Positions 18,726-27,745 of a stretch of 64,000 bases of DNA are shown piece by piece. Location of the stretch: positions 43,581 through 107,580 of the forward strand of contig JAABTH010000008.1 in the NCBI GenBank assembly GCA_011389985.1, in the 5' to 3' direction. The translations under genes were made by a program, and so were the position numbers. A model generated the notes under the pieces. That model was not told where the DNA came from and ran no database searches. It saw only the letters and a list, made by a program, of their open reading frames with translations. The DNA is from Bacillota bacterium (lineage in GTDB: Bacteria > Bacillota > Dethiobacteria > DTU022). Every line of letters starts with the position of its first letter. The first letter of the stretch is position 1.

Positions 18726-20414
18726 TCAGTTGCTGTATTTCTTAAGCTTGTTGTAAAGGGTTGCCAGAGAAATATTTAAAGCCTGGGCAGCTTTCTTTTT
18801 GCCTTCAAGACTTTCACCATACCTGGTTAGAGCCAGTTTTAGCATCATTTCTTCCATTTTGTCAAGTGGAATAATTTCATCTATAATTTGCGGTTCACTT
18901 ACCCCCAACCGCCCAATATAGGGAAGCAGGTGATGATACTCGATAACCTGACCTTCGGCTACTACCATGGAGCGTTCAATAGCGCTTTTCAATTCGCTGA
19001 TATTCCCCGGCCATTCATATTCGGACATCTCCTGCAGTGCCCGCGGCGATATTTCGGTAATCTTTTTACCCAGTTTACGATTTAACCGGTCGATAAGTGC
19101 TTCTGCAAGCAGATGTATATCTTCAGACCGTTTCCGCAGCGGAGGAAGCTCAACTGTAACAAGGCTTAAAAGCCGGTAGAGTTTTTCAGAAAAATATCCC
19201 TGAATTGATGCCTGCAAAAGGTTCTCAGCAGTAGAGGCAATAATTCTGACATCTGCTGAAATAGGCTGCTCACCGCCAATGCGACAAAAGGTATTATTTT
19301 CGAGCAGCTGTTGCAGTCCTTTCTGCAAAAAAGGGTTAAGTGAATTTAATTCCTTGATAAAGAGGGTGCTGCCTTCAGCCAATTCTATTTTTCCAATCCT
19401 GGTGCGAAGTACTCCCGGCATAGCGCCCTTTTCGCACCCAAAAAGTTCAATCTCCTGGAGTGAGTCGGGAACAGCTGAACAGTCAAATATAATTAACGGT
19501 CTTTTCTTGCGAGCGCTGTTATTGTGGATAGCGTGAGCAAATAGAGCTTTTCCTGTACCACTTTCACCACTTAACAAAACAGCCGACTCGCTCCGGGCTG
19601 CTTTCCGTGCTTTCTCAATTGTAGCTGTATAAATTTTACTCTGGCCGGATAAAAATTCAAAGCTGAACCTGCTTCCGGAAATCTGGTCGATTTGAGCATA
19701 AAGGTTATCAATTATTGCATTACTGTGCCGCAGTTCATCCATAAGTTTCAGAATATCTCCAACGGGCTGGAAAACAACTACCGCACCCATCAGTTCACCG
19801 TCAACTATAATCGGCGAAGCATTAGAGATCACATCTGCATCTGAACCGCCAACATACGTGCGGTATCCTGTAACAGGCTTTTGCTGAATAAGAGACTGGG
19901 CCAAAGCTCCGTGCGGCGACACCTCAAATATACTTCTTCCAAGACGTTTACTCTCCGGTATACCTGTTACTCTCGTGAAAGCAGGGTTTACATATTTGAT
20001 GATCCCCTTGTCATTAACTACCTCTACCGCATCCTGAACGGCGCTTAATATTGCTCTCAGCTCACCCTGCAGCAAACGGGTTTCAAGCAGCTGTTCACGT
20101 GAATTGATGATAGCCCCGAGGAGGGAATTTGGTGTCAGGCATTCAAGCTTAGCTCCATTAACCAGCTTTCCGGCCAGGTAATCCCTGATTTTTGGTTCAC
20201 CGGTTGCATCTAAAACAGTTTCCAATTCTGGCAATGCAACGATCTTGTCAAGATCTGCTGTAACAAAATAGTTTTTTTTCTCCGTCTCGGTAAACCAGTC
20301 GATCTGACCATCAGGGCAGGCTACTCCAACTATCTCAATTTCATCGCATTGCTGAAGAACACGGAACAGTTCAGCACTGCTGTTACCTTTTATTACTAAC
20401 GCTGTTTTAATCAA
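18726..20414 (-). CDS. PAS-domain sigma54-interaction (AAA+)/Fis-HTH transcriptional regulator with degenerate catalytic motifs
   Basis: PAS region (YVNPAFTRVTG), Walker A GESGTGK, ELFG, WPGN, C-terminal HTH (AAQALNISLATLYNKLKKY). GAFTGA is replaced by GAMPGV. Confidence 0.88.
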   Translation of the reverse strand: MIKTALVIKGNSSAELFRVLQQCDEIEIVGVACPDGQIDWFTETEKKNYFVTADLDKIVALPELETVLDATGEPKIRDYLAGKLVNGAKLECLTPNSLLGAIINSREQLLETRLLQGELRAILSAVQDAVEVVNDKGIIKYVNPAFTRVTGIPESKRLGRSIFEVSPHGALAQSLIQQKPVTGYRTYVGGSDADVISNASPIIVDGELMGAVVVFQPVGDILKLMDELRHSNAIIDNLYAQIDQISGSRFSFEFLSGQSKIYTATIEKARKAARSESAVLLSGESGTGKALFAHAIHNNSARKKRPLIIFDCSAVPDSLQEIELFGCEKGAMPGVLRTRIGKIELAEGSTLFIKELNSLNPFLQKGLQQLLENNTFCRIGGEQPISADVRIIASTAENLLQASIQGYFSEKLYRLLSLVTVELPPLRKRSEDIHLLAEALIDRLNRKLGKKITEISPRALQEMSEYEWPGNISELKSAIERSMVVAEGQVIEYHHLLPYIGRLGVSEPQIIDEIIPLDKMEEMMLKLALTRYGESLEGKKKAAQALNISLATLYNKLKKYSN

Positions 20415-20447
20415 AAGGTCAGAATACCCCCTTCTTTACCTTAGAAT

Positions 20448-20472
20448 ATTCGTAAATATTAGAAGAAATCCT
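20448..20472 (-). promoter_or_regulatory. Putative sigma-H promoter of the regulator-suc-mcm operon
   Basis: GCAGGA-17 nt-GAAT on the minus strand. Confidence 0.55.
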
Positions 20473-20556
20473 GCCTGGGGGCGATAGCTTTTTATAATTA
20501 CAACAAGTTTATATTATTTATTTCCAAAAATAGTCTAGCTCAACGCAATTGGCTAG

Positions 20557-20585
20557 TTGTATTTGAACTTAAAATTCTTTATAAT
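20557..20585 (+). promoter_or_regulatory. Sigma-A promoter of tRNA-Leu
   Basis: TTGTAT-17 nt-TATAAT. Confidence 0.55.
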
Positions 20586-20602
20586 AATGACGGAGTTTAC
20601 AA

Positions 20603-20689
20603 GCGGGCGTGGCGGAACTGGCAGACGCGCTGGACTTAGGATCCAGTGGGAGCAATCCTGTGGAGGTTCAAATCCTCTCGCCCGCACCA
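20603..20689 (+). tRNA. tRNA-Leu (anticodon TAG)
   Basis: 87 nt: acceptor stem GCGGGCG/CGCCCGC, anticodon arm CTGGA-CTTAGGA-TCCAG, long variable arm, T-loop GGTTCAAATCC, encoded CCA. Confidence 0.97.
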
Positions 20690-20782
20690 TTGATTTTACC
20701 TCCGTATAATATATGAAATTTTGAGATCTGCCTATTAATTGTTCTTTTAAATGTCTGTCGCTAAAACTTTAAAAGTTCCTTT

Positions 20783-21037
20783 CTATACTTTACGATCCGA
20801 TCGGCCGGCAATTTTTAAAGCGATAATAACTCCCAGAGGGGTTACAATAAGAACTCCAAGAATAAAACCGATATATGCCGCTAATTCGTAGCCCGGCATG
20901 TAAGGATAATTGGGAACTTCAATCCAACCGAAAAAAGTTCCCCCGATAACCAGGCCGAGAAACCCCCCGCCAAGAGCACCAATGAAAAAACCGATCAACC
21001 CGCCAAGGATACTCGCCAGTATCTTTTTGCTCATCAA
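20783..21037 (-). CDS. Small Gly-rich two-TM membrane protein, hypothetical
   Basis: 84 aa with two hydrophobic GxxxG-rich helices; SD GGAG upstream. Confidence 0.65.
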   Translation of the reverse strand: MMSKKILASILGGLIGFFIGALGGGFLGLVIGGTFFGWIEVPNYPYMPGYELAAYIGFILGVLIVTPLGVIIALKIAGRSDRKV

Positions 21038-21099
21038 CTGTCAACTCCATTTCAACATCATATGATAATATTATTTCAGCCTTTAATTTGCGCCAGCGT

Positions 21100-22575
21100 T
21101 TAGTAATAAACCAGTTTATCGAACAGTTCATCTAAAGACAGGGAAGCAAAAGTTGAAGCGTAATCCGCTATTGCATAAGGAACAATAAGTTCATTGTTAT
21201 GAATTATGGGCCCGCAGGAATAGATTACATTGGGAACGTAACCTTCCCTCTCTTCATCGTTCGGTTTAATCAACGGTTCATCTATCTGGCCTAAAACCTT
21301 GGTGGGATCATTTAAATCAAGCAGGGTTACTCCAAGACTGTAAGTGCGCATCGGCCCAACCCCATGTGTAAGTAAAAGCCAGCCTTTTTCCGTTTCAACA
21401 GGAGAACCACAGTTGCCGATTTGAATAAACTGCCAGGGGTAGCGAGGCTCCTGGACCATTTTTGCTTCATTCCAGTAATAGATATTATCAGAAAACATAA
21501 TATAGTTGTTTACACCATCATTACGTGACACCATTGCATATTTACCGTCAATTTTTCTTGGGAATAGAGCCAAACCTTTATTCTGAGCATATTCACCATT
21601 TAACGGCATAATTTTAAAATGGTAAAAATCTTCGGTTTCAATCAGTTTGGGCAGGATAGTATAACCGTTATTGGCGGTATAAGTAGCGTAATAAGTTGGT
21701 GATCCATTTTCATCAATAAACCTGACAAAGCGGGCATCTTCTATACCACTGCTTTCTTTATCGGAAATTGGAAAGATCACTCTTTCAGAGATAGCCGTAT
21801 CAAGAGAAAAAGTAAATTCATAATGTGAATTGGCCAGCCAATCGCAATCTTTGACCACTTTTTTCTGGAGCGCGCTTAAGTCGTCGTTTTTCATTGACTC
21901 ATTAATACTATCCTGCAATTCTTCATAAGTAAACTGGTCACTAAGCCGGTCAATAACCATGCTGATCATCTCTTTCTGGACATTCATTTCAGAAAGTTTA
22001 TTTAAGAAATCTTTTTTATTATAGATATGCCTTCTTACTGCTTCAGGAATATCTACCAGGGCTCCCGGGGGCCTCAGAATCAGATTATTGTTTCTATCTA
22101 TGACTCCGCTTCTGAAAACAATAGAGGAAATATGCCCTTCACCGGTTGCCCTGAAACTAATAATAATTCTTTTTTCACCTTCACCGAGAGCAGTCTGGTC
22201 AGGAGCTTCAATAATCGAAGGGTTAAAGAATGCTGCCGATTCTATGGAGTATTCCATGGTGAAATAAGAACCAATCAATAATGCTTTCTTTCGCGGTATA
22301 TCATCAGGATTAAGATTTAATTGGTTTAAATTGTGTTTTGCATTATTAAAATGCTTTTTAAAGATTTTTGATATATTGCGGTGCCGCTGAGAAAAGTTAA
22401 TCAACACCTGGTTGAAGGTAAACCTGGCATCTTCATCGGATAGAGCCATGACTTTTTTGATAATACTGATCGCCCGCTCATCAGCACCGGGGTAATAATA
22501 ACGGGTTATCACTCTTTTTGAATTGGGATAAAGCCGTAAGTCTTTTCGGTTGATTCTGATTGACAAACAACTCAC
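21100..22575 (-). CDS. Glycoside hydrolase family 130 protein (glycosidase/mannoside-phosphorylase-like)
   Basis: AAFFNPSI, RATGEGHISSI, GIEDARFV, YATYTA, NKGLALFPRKI, LLLTHGVG, REGYVPNVIYSCG motifs. Confidence 0.85.
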   Translation of the reverse strand: MSCLSIRINRKDLRLYPNSKRVITRYYYPGADERAISIIKKVMALSDEDARFTFNQVLINFSQRHRNISKIFKKHFNNAKHNLNQLNLNPDDIPRKKALLIGSYFTMEYSIESAAFFNPSIIEAPDQTALGEGEKRIIISFRATGEGHISSIVFRSGVIDRNNNLILRPPGALVDIPEAVRRHIYNKKDFLNKLSEMNVQKEMISMVIDRLSDQFTYEELQDSINESMKNDDLSALQKKVVKDCDWLANSHYEFTFSLDTAISERVIFPISDKESSGIEDARFVRFIDENGSPTYYATYTANNGYTILPKLIETEDFYHFKIMPLNGEYAQNKGLALFPRKIDGKYAMVSRNDGVNNYIMFSDNIYYWNEAKMVQEPRYPWQFIQIGNCGSPVETEKGWLLLTHGVGPMRTYSLGVTLLDLNDPTKVLGQIDEPLIKPNDEEREGYVPNVIYSCGPIIHNNELIVPYAIADYASTFASLSLDELFDKLVYY

Positions 22576-23104
22576 ATCCTTCGGCTATAATGGTGATCAT
22601 AAATCAATGATTCATAAATAAGTTTATTAAATGCCTGACTAAAGATTTTTCTGCCATCTCTGCAAACCAGTGATCTTTTACACCCTGAGCAGACATACCG
22701 TTTTTTGCTTTGATATACACTTTTTTGACACATTGTTATTATATAATGAATTAATTTAACTATCAAAACAATATTTTTTTTAATAGAGATGGGCTAATAA
22801 CAAGATAATCAAAGATATATTCCTCTAAAAATAAGGTTAGAATGAACACAACTTAATCTACAGGCATACAGATCGCGGCATGAACTACGAACCGGCTTGG
22901 GCTATAGTTGTCGGACTGGGCTGCGGCACCGAAAACTGGACTCTTGCCCTGCCGGCAACAATTATTATTACATATTATTACAAAATTAATTACTAAACTT
23001 ACTAAACTTTATTAATATAATTATTGATCAATGTAAATACAGAGAATATAATCTATGGAATAATGGTTATAACTCTCATCTATAAATTAGCAGGAGGCGC
23101 AGCT

Positions 23105-24028
23105 TTGACCTACAATAAAAATCTTGCCATTTTAGCCTATCTTACAGTTTGTATTGTTTGGGGATCAACTTACCTGGCGATCAGGGTGGCAGTAACTGAT
23201 ATGCCATTTTTAGCGTTTGCCGGTATACGGTTCTCGATTGCAGGTGTACTGATACTATTATTTGCCAAGTTAAAGGGTTGGCAATTCCCACAATCTAAAC
23301 AGGATTACAGGTCTATTATTTTTGCCGGTATAATGCTACTTTTTATCAGTAATGGTATTATTTGCTGGGCAGAACAATGGATAGAATCAAGCCTGACAGC
23401 CTTGCTGATCGCCTCTGTTCCACTATTTATGGCACTGATAGAAGCCTTATTTCCCAAAGATCACAGGATCGGCTGGGTAGGTTGGCTGGGTTTAATTATT
23501 GGATTCATGGGAGTAATTTTTTTAGTAAGTCCCCATTTTAATCTCGAGAGTGGAACCCTGCCAGCCGTGTTGGCCGTACTGCTTGCTTCACTTAACTGGG
23601 CGATTGCATCAATATTCTTAAAACGCCGAACTGTAAGCGGTTCAATGATGCCTAATGTCGGTATTCAGATGTTGGCCGCAGGCATTGCATTTTTGATTGC
23701 GGCTTCATTGTTTGGAGGAGTTTCGATTGCAGACGCTTCTGCGGGGGGTATTGCGGCTCTTCTCTATCTGCTTTTCATAGGCTCTATCCTGGCTTATACT
23801 GCATTTAATTACATGATAAAAGCTCTTCCTGCATCTAAAGCCGGTACATATGCATATATTAACCCGGTGGTAGCTGTTATTCTTGGCGCCCTCATCTTAA
23901 ATGAAACCATCACTTCACAAAGTATAATCTCGGCCTCAGTAATACTGGTCGGTGTAGTTCTGGTTCAAATGTCAAAAATTAAACCGATTAACGCCAAAAG
24001 CCTCTCAAAAGTGGGTGTAAAACCGTAA
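23105..24028 (+). CDS. EamA/DMT family transporter (YedA-like)
   Basis: IVWGSTYLAIR and YAYINPVVAVILG, about 10 TM helices. Start set to TTG 23105 after AGGAGG. Confidence 0.9.
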   Translation: MTYNKNLAILAYLTVCIVWGSTYLAIRVAVTDMPFLAFAGIRFSIAGVLILLFAKLKGWQFPQSKQDYRSIIFAGIMLLFISNGIICWAEQWIESSLTALLIASVPLFMALIEALFPKDHRIGWVGWLGLIIGFMGVIFLVSPHFNLESGTLPAVLAVLLASLNWAIASIFLKRRTVSGSMMPNVGIQMLAAGIAFLIAASLFGGVSIADASAGGIAALLYLLFIGSILAYTAFNYMIKALPASKAGTYAYINPVVAVILGALILNETITSQSIISASVILVGVVLVQMSKIKPINAKSLSKVGVKP

Positions 24029-24029
24029 A

Positions 24030-24464
24030 CTAGTGTAGTTCCTCATCGCCGCCTTCATGGGCAATAATATCCTGAAAATCATAGGTAAACTCGACCAGCT
24101 TGGTTTCCATAAATATGGGTGCATCACAGCGCAGAGCCAGGGCGATTGCATCGCTTGGTCTTGAATCAATAATCAATGTTTCACCTTTGTGCTGCATGTA
24201 AATTTCAGCATAAAATGTGCTGTCCTTTATGTCGGTTATTACTATCTTTTCGATTGTACCGCCAAGATTTTCACAAACCGTTTTCATTAAATCGTGAGTC
24301 AGTGGGCGTGGCGGCATTTCTCCCTGAAGAACAAGAGCAATCGCCTGGGCTTCAAGAGGCCCAATTGAAATCGGAAGTACTTTTTTTTCTTCATCATCCA
24401 TTAACAAAATCAGAAAATTACCGCCCTGATCGGCAGTAACAGTTTTTACCTCCATTTTAATCAT
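24030..24464 (-). CDS. Bifunctional nuclease family protein (DUF151)
   Basis: LPISIG..EAQAI, PRPLTHDL, FYA, DSRPSDAIALALR motifs. Confidence 0.9.
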   Translation of the reverse strand: MIKMEVKTVTADQGGNFLILLMDDEEKKVLPISIGPLEAQAIALVLQGEMPPRPLTHDLMKTVCENLGGTIEKIVITDIKDSTFYAEIYMQHKGETLIIDSRPSDAIALALRCDAPIFMETKLVEFTYDFQDIIAHEGGDEELH

Positions 24465-24663
24465 TGTTTATATCCCCTCTCCGCTTTCCTTACTTTATTC
24501 TATCACAGTTAACTTGATCATAAAACCAAGGTTACCAGGTACAACCAATATAAAACAATCTTAGAATTATTGTAAGAAGCCTGATTTTTGAAGATTACAG
24601 AGGCGTAACTTTGTGGTATTATTCTTTATAGTGACATGGAATCTCATTTAAATTAAAAGGAGA

Positions 24664-25539
24664 ATGATTATGGCTCGAATTTATGTTGTAAGCGACAGTA
24701 CCGCAGATTTATCAAATAAACAAATTGAAAAATATAATTTAAACATAGTGCCGCTAACGATATCTTTTGGAGATGAACTTTATACCGACGGAATCGACTT
24801 GACTCCTTCAGAATTTTATAAAAAACTCAGTGCAAGCAGTCAACTGCCTAAAACCTCACAACCTTCACCCGAAGCCTTAAGGCAGATATATGATAAAATA
24901 GCTTCCGAAGATGATACCATCTTAAGCATTCACGTTTCGGGTAAGCTAAGCGGGACATTAAGCTCAGCCGAAACTGCAGCAACAATGGTTTCTTCTAAAG
25001 TTATTCCGGTAGACTCCTTAAACGCATCTCAGGGAGTTGCCCGCTCTGTATTAATAGCAGCTGAAGCAATCCGCAGGAATATGCCGTTGGATAAAATTCT
25101 TAATATTACAGATAAATCAATAAAGAACACTTTTAGTGTTTTTGCTGTAGATACACTTGAATTTCTACAGCGTAACGGCCGTATTGGTAAAGCGGCATCA
25201 CTGCTTGGCTCAATGCTGCAATTAAAACCCATACTTTACGCCGACCCGGAAGGTATGGTTGCAGTTTACGATAAGGTTCGCGGTCGTTCCAAAATTATTC
25301 CCAACCTTGTTGCTGCCGCGCTAAAAAATGTTAAATCAGACAAACCGGTTAATCTCTCTGTAGTGCATACCAATGCAGAGGATAAGGCTGAATTACTACT
25401 CACAGAATTAAAAAAACATTACGAAATTGTTGATCTCTATGTTGGTCAAGTAGGCCCGGCCATCGGAACCCATATCGGACCGGGAGCAATAAGTCTGATG
25501 ATACAACCAGCTTTTGATGTTCTGTTAAATAAAGAGTAA
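24664..25539 (+). CDS. DegV family fatty-acid-binding protein
   Basis: VSDSTADL, KTSQPS, SGKLSGT, GRIG, GTHIGPG motifs. Confidence 0.92.
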   Translation: MIMARIYVVSDSTADLSNKQIEKYNLNIVPLTISFGDELYTDGIDLTPSEFYKKLSASSQLPKTSQPSPEALRQIYDKIASEDDTILSIHVSGKLSGTLSSAETAATMVSSKVIPVDSLNASQGVARSVLIAAEAIRRNMPLDKILNITDKSIKNTFSVFAVDTLEFLQRNGRIGKAASLLGSMLQLKPILYADPEGMVAVYDKVRGRSKIIPNLVAAALKNVKSDKPVNLSVVHTNAEDKAELLLTELKKHYEIVDLYVGQVGPAIGTHIGPGAISLMIQPAFDVLLNKE

Positions 25540-25570
25540 TCAGCAGCTAATCTTAATTATTGACGCAAGA

Positions 25571-25599
25571 TTGACATTTATTTTAATTTTATATACAAT
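25571..25599 (+). promoter_or_regulatory. Sigma-A promoter of the dodecin gene
   Basis: TTGACA-17 nt-TACAAT. Confidence 0.65.
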
Positions 25600-25636
25600 A
25601 GATGCAACAGGCCTGAAAGGAGGATGACAGAAGATT

Positions 25637-25840
25637 ATGGAAAGCGTTTATAAAGTAGTTGACATCATCGGGACAAGCACAAAATCATGGGAAGATGCAG
25701 CTAAAGTTGCAGTAGCCACTGCTGCAAAAACTTTGCGCGATTTGAGAGTGGCCGAAGTCAAAAAAATGGATATGAAGATTGAGGACGGAGAATTAGTCTA
25801 CAGGGTAAAAATGAATGTATCCTTCAAATATGAGGATTAA
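25637..25840 (+). CDS. Dodecin family protein (flavin/CoA storage)
   Basis: 67 aa: VYKVVDIIGTSTKSWEDAA..A.KTLRDL..YRVKMNVSFKY; SD AAGGAGG. Confidence 0.9.
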   Translation: MESVYKVVDIIGTSTKSWEDAAKVAVATAAKTLRDLRVAEVKKMDMKIEDGELVYRVKMNVSFKYED

Positions 25841-25877
25841 TAACCACTTAAAGAATCTTTGAATGCTTTTATACAAT

Positions 25878-25909
25878 AAAAGAGCTGCGCCTACAAGCCG
25901 GCTCTTTTT
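25878..25909 (+). terminator. Rho-independent terminator after dodecin
   Basis: AAAAGAGCTG...CGGCTCTTTTT stem with T-run. Confidence 0.65.
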
Positions 25910-26100
25910 CAAAACCACATTCTATCCTGAAAATGCACATTAGCAGTTTCATCCATCAGTTGGTGAAACTGTACCTTCATGAAGTCTTATTACTGAAAGC
26001 AGTTAATTTAGGAAGACTTGAACGTGGAGATCGTAAATATCTTGACAACCAGACTCAGTTTTCTTCTATTTAAGATTATTTTCATTTAAAAGGAATTATT

Positions 26101-26129
26101 TTGACATATATTTTTGGAAAGTATAAAAT
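26101..26129 (+). promoter_or_regulatory. Sigma-A promoter of the Rrf2 gene
   Basis: TTGACA-17 nt-TAAAAT. Confidence 0.65.
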
Positions 26130-26193
26130 GAAGTTGCCATATATAATTATACTTATCGGTAATATTTCTTTATACTTCAGGAGGCAAATATAG

Positions 26194-26628
26194 ATGCAGT
26201 TATCTACTAAAGTCCGATACGCAGCAAGGGCAATGATCGAGTTAGCTATGAATTACAAAGAAGAGCCTATTCAGTTAAACGATATCGCCTGCAAGCAGGA
26301 AATCTCAGTTAAGTATTTAGAGCAGATCATGGCCCCTTTAAGAGCCCGTGGTTACGTTAGAACCCAAAAAGGCAGTCGCGGCGGTTATCACCTTTCTGTT
26401 AAACCTGATCAAATAACTTTATACGATATCGTAGAAAGTGTTGAAGGCAACATGGCACCAGTTTCATGCGTTGACAAAGATGCTTTCTGCGATAGGGCAA
26501 ATTTATGCGTTACCCGTAATGTATGGGCCCGCATGAAAGATGCAATCAGAAAAGAATTAGAACTGAAATCTCTGGCTGAATTAGCAGCAGAGCAGTTGAA
26601 AATTAACGAGGAAAATAAGATTATTTAG
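26194..26628 (+). CDS. Rrf2 family transcriptional regulator (IscR/CymR-like, three C-terminal Cys)
   Basis: STKVRYAARAMIELA, YLEQI, KGSRGGY, and C-x6-C-x5-C (SCVDKDAFCDRANLC). Confidence 0.9.
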   Translation: MQLSTKVRYAARAMIELAMNYKEEPIQLNDIACKQEISVKYLEQIMAPLRARGYVRTQKGSRGGYHLSVKPDQITLYDIVESVEGNMAPVSCVDKDAFCDRANLCVTRNVWARMKDAIRKELELKSLAELAAEQLKINEENKII

Positions 26629-27745
26629 AATAAGCTTTATAGCCTTGACTGTTAAGCACTTTAAGTGCTTTATTTTGCTGTTCTCTACTTCTGAAACCAA
26701 GACGAATACTTCCACCTGACAGCTCACGTACATGCAATATTTCTATAGCATCGATATTTATACCTTCCTCACCGAGAAGAGTGGTTATCTTGCCAATTAT
26801 ACCAGGAGAATCCCGAACTAGAACAATAACATCATAAACCTCAGGCAGTATGCCGCGCCCCCGATGTGGTATAGAATTGCGATAATCGCGGGATTGGGTT
26901 AGAAATTCCTCAACGGCTTCAGCATTTGGTTCTTTCAAATAATTTTCAATTGTTACGAGGCTTTGTTTAAAGATTTTAAGAGCTGAGAGCAAAGCCCAAC
27001 GATTACTTACGCAAATATCCCGCCAAACTTCAGGGTTGCCAAGAGCTATCCTTGTACTATCCCTGAAACCCCCTGCAGCTAAAGTACGGATCAACTCAAT
27101 ATCACCGGCACCTGCCACACTCTGAACTAAAGCAGCTGCTGAGATATGAGGCAGATGGCTGACCATGGCAACCATACGGTCATGTGCGAGGGGATCCAGA
27201 ATCAAGGGCTGAGCCCCGGTTCCTTCAATAAGGTCGGTAAATTTTTTTATTACATTTTCCGGGGTACCCGGACCGGGTGTAAGCACATAAATCGCATTTT
27301 CAAGTAAGGCCGGGTCTGCTCCCCTGATGCCACTTTCTTCCGAGCCGGCCATTGGATGCCCCCCAATATATGACACAGACTGCGGCAAAAGCTTTTCAAC
27401 TGTAGCCATAATTGAACCTTTGGTGCTGCCAACATCAGTAATTAAAGCACCATCTTTTACTTCCGGTAAAATTTCTTTTAGAATATCCAAAGTGCTTAGC
27501 ACAGGTACAGCTAAAATAATAAGGTCGGCATCTTTTACAGCTTCAGCTGCCGATTTAACAACCCTGTCGGCAGCGCTGAGCGCAACAGCTTCTGCTGCTG
27601 CTTCAGGATCACGGTCATAACAGGTAATTATTTTAACCATTTTCTTCTCACGCAGAGCAAGGCCGATACTGCCCCCAATAAGGCCGGTTCCAATAAGAGC
27701 TGCTTTATCAAAGATATTCTTACTATCAGATGAGTCTGCCAACAC
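26621..27745 (-). CDS. tyrA: Prephenate dehydrogenase with C-terminal ACT domain
   Basis: IGTGLIGGS, DVGSTK, GGHPMAGSE, SHLPH, GGFRDSTRIA; ACT domain (DSPGIIG). Confidence 0.93.
   Translation of the reverse strand: MLADSSDSKNIFDKAALIGTGLIGGSIGLALREKKMVKIITCYDRDPEAAAEAVALSAADRVVKSAAEAVKDADLIILAVPVLSTLDILKEILPEVKDGALITDVGSTKGSIMATVEKLLPQSVSYIGGHPMAGSEESGIRGADPALLENAIYVLTPGPGTPENVIKKFTDLIEGTGAQPLILDPLAHDRMVAMVSHLPHISAAALVQSVAGAGDIELIRTLAAGGFRDSTRIALGNPEVWRDICVSNRWALLSALKIFKQSLVTIENYLKEPNAEAVEEFLTQSRDYRNSIPHRGRGILPEVYDVIVLVRDSPGIIGKITTLLGEEGINIDAIEILHVRELSGGSIRLGFRSREQQNKALKVLNSQGYKAYSK

Noticed and set aside
20603-24028. Prophage or integrative element at tRNA-Leu
   Set aside because: No integrase, phage genes or duplicated tRNA 3' end seen.
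25944-25971. Hammerhead-like CTGATG..GAAAC on the minus strand
   Set aside because: The core is CTGATGG rather than CTGANGA, and there is no room for stem II.
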